From assembly GCA_023657465.1 (NCBI GenBank), contig JAGTJX010000001.1:460358-524357 (forward strand): 64,000 nt of DNA, in the 5' to 3' direction. Positions 63,149 to 64,000 of this stretch are shown here, in pieces. The position numbers and the translations under genes are program-made. The DNA comes from Lysobacteraceae bacterium (GTDB taxonomy: Bacteria > Bdellovibrionota > UBA1018 > JAGTJX01). Under the pieces are notes generated by a model. The model saw only the letters and a list, made by a program, of their open reading frames with translations, had not been told where the DNA came from and ran no database searches. Numbering within the stretch: position 1 is the stretch's first letter; each line of letters begins with the position of its first letter.

Positions 63149-63721
63149 ATGGAAATCGAAAATCTAGAAAAAGAAATAGATCTGATTTCAGAAGAGTTTG
63201 GAGCTTTTGCTCAAAGACTAACGTTTGAACAATGTCTAAGATTAGCGCTCAAACTCACAGAGGCTATTTCAAAAGAGCTTCATGAACCAAACTTAAAACG
63301 AGTTTTAGTTGAAACAGCAGCTGTACTGAAAGAAGCTAAATCACCAATTAAATGCGGTCATTCTAAGCTGATTAGTCTTTACGAAAAAGTAGAGGGAATA
63401 TGCGATGCAATGAGCGATCGTCTGGAACAAATTCCCGAAGGAAGTGACATTAATTTGGAGATTCGTTTTGCTGCAGCTAGTGTGTGCGCAGACCTCGTTG
63501 ACCTCTGTAGTGACGCCACTGTTTCTGATAGTGATGGAGAGTTTGAGTCTGAAAGCTTTGCAAGAGAGCAACTCAAGGACATGTTCAGTCATGTTGGATT
63601 TATTTTGAGCTTGAGAGAGTATTTCAAGCAAGATTTGACAGACGAGAGCGTCATGACTGAATGCTACAAATTCAGAAAAAACAGTCTAGAAAAGATTTAT
63701 AAAGAAGCGGAAGCAATCTAA
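63149..63721 (+). CDS. Acidic all-helical hypothetical protein
   Basis: 190-aa open frame, no recognisable motif. Confidence 0.55.
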   Translation: MEIENLEKEIDLISEEFGAFAQRLTFEQCLRLALKLTEAISKELHEPNLKRVLVETAAVLKEAKSPIKCGHSKLISLYEKVEGICDAMSDRLEQIPEGSDINLEIRFAAASVCADLVDLCSDATVSDSDGEFESESFAREQLKDMFSHVGFILSLREYFKQDLTDESVMTECYKFRKNSLEKIYKEAEAI

Positions 63722-63742
63722 GCCAGATATCAAGTAAAAAAC

Positions 63743-64000
63743 TTACAGCTTGGACTTGACCCAGTCCTTCACTCGTAGTTCTAAAATATTCAGCGACAGT
63801 GTTCCTTCTCCGATAACTACACTGTGAAAATCTTTAATATCAAACTTAGATCCGAGTTTTGACTCTGCCATTTTTCTTAACTCAATGATTTTCAGCTGCC
63901 CGATTTTATAACCTAGAGCCTGACCTGGCCAAATAGAATAACGATTAGCTTCATTACTGATATCCTTCTTGCCAGTGGCGAGATGTTCATCCATGTAGGC
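63743..64000 (-). CDS. DUF885-family protein, C-terminal part (runs off window)
   Basis: RY..WPGQALGYKIG.LKI.ELR..A...LG.KFDIK.FH motif. Confidence 0.85.
   Translation of the reverse strand, partial: AYMDEHLATGKKDISNEANRYSIWPGQALGYKIGQLKIIELRKMAESKLGSKFDIKDFHSVVIGEGTLSLNILELRVKDWVKSKL

Overview
A gene-dense, mostly core-genome segment of a Gram-negative bacterium, probably Bdellovibrionota/Oligoflexia-like (inferred from gene content, many orphan outer-membrane barrels and delta-type gene order). The left and middle hold housekeeping, envelope and repair genes (ilvA, tatA, a NitT/TauT-type ABC system, matrixin, lon, rpoZ, smpB, rsmA, tsaD, cpoB/pal, radA, ligA, patatin, subtilase, hutI, ogt, nth, mltG, rho-prfA-prmC-murA, tolC, lgt/lspA, rnhA). 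The right end holds the tRNA-tuf-tRNA(Trp)-secE-nusG-rplKAJL-rpoBC cluster followed by tRNA-Val. The most striking feature is a set of four nested long-range RNA helices (up to 21 bp, with G-U pairs) pairing the rplJ-rplL spacer with the rplL-rpoB spacer, looping out the whole rplL (L7/L12) CDS, while no room exists for a canonical L10 leader before rplJ. Other items: a tatA missed by the ORF track, many apparently leaderless promoters, a 19-bp perfect inverted repeat after ligA, a methyltransferase pseudogene inside the tRNA-tuf cluster, an IS481-like scar at tRNA-Val, RNase HI with a C-terminal hybrid-binding domain, and an orphan degenerate wHTH-nucleotidyltransferase in the lspA/lgt operon. 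No CRISPR array, rRNA or intact mobile element was seen. All assignments are by eye; no database search was run.
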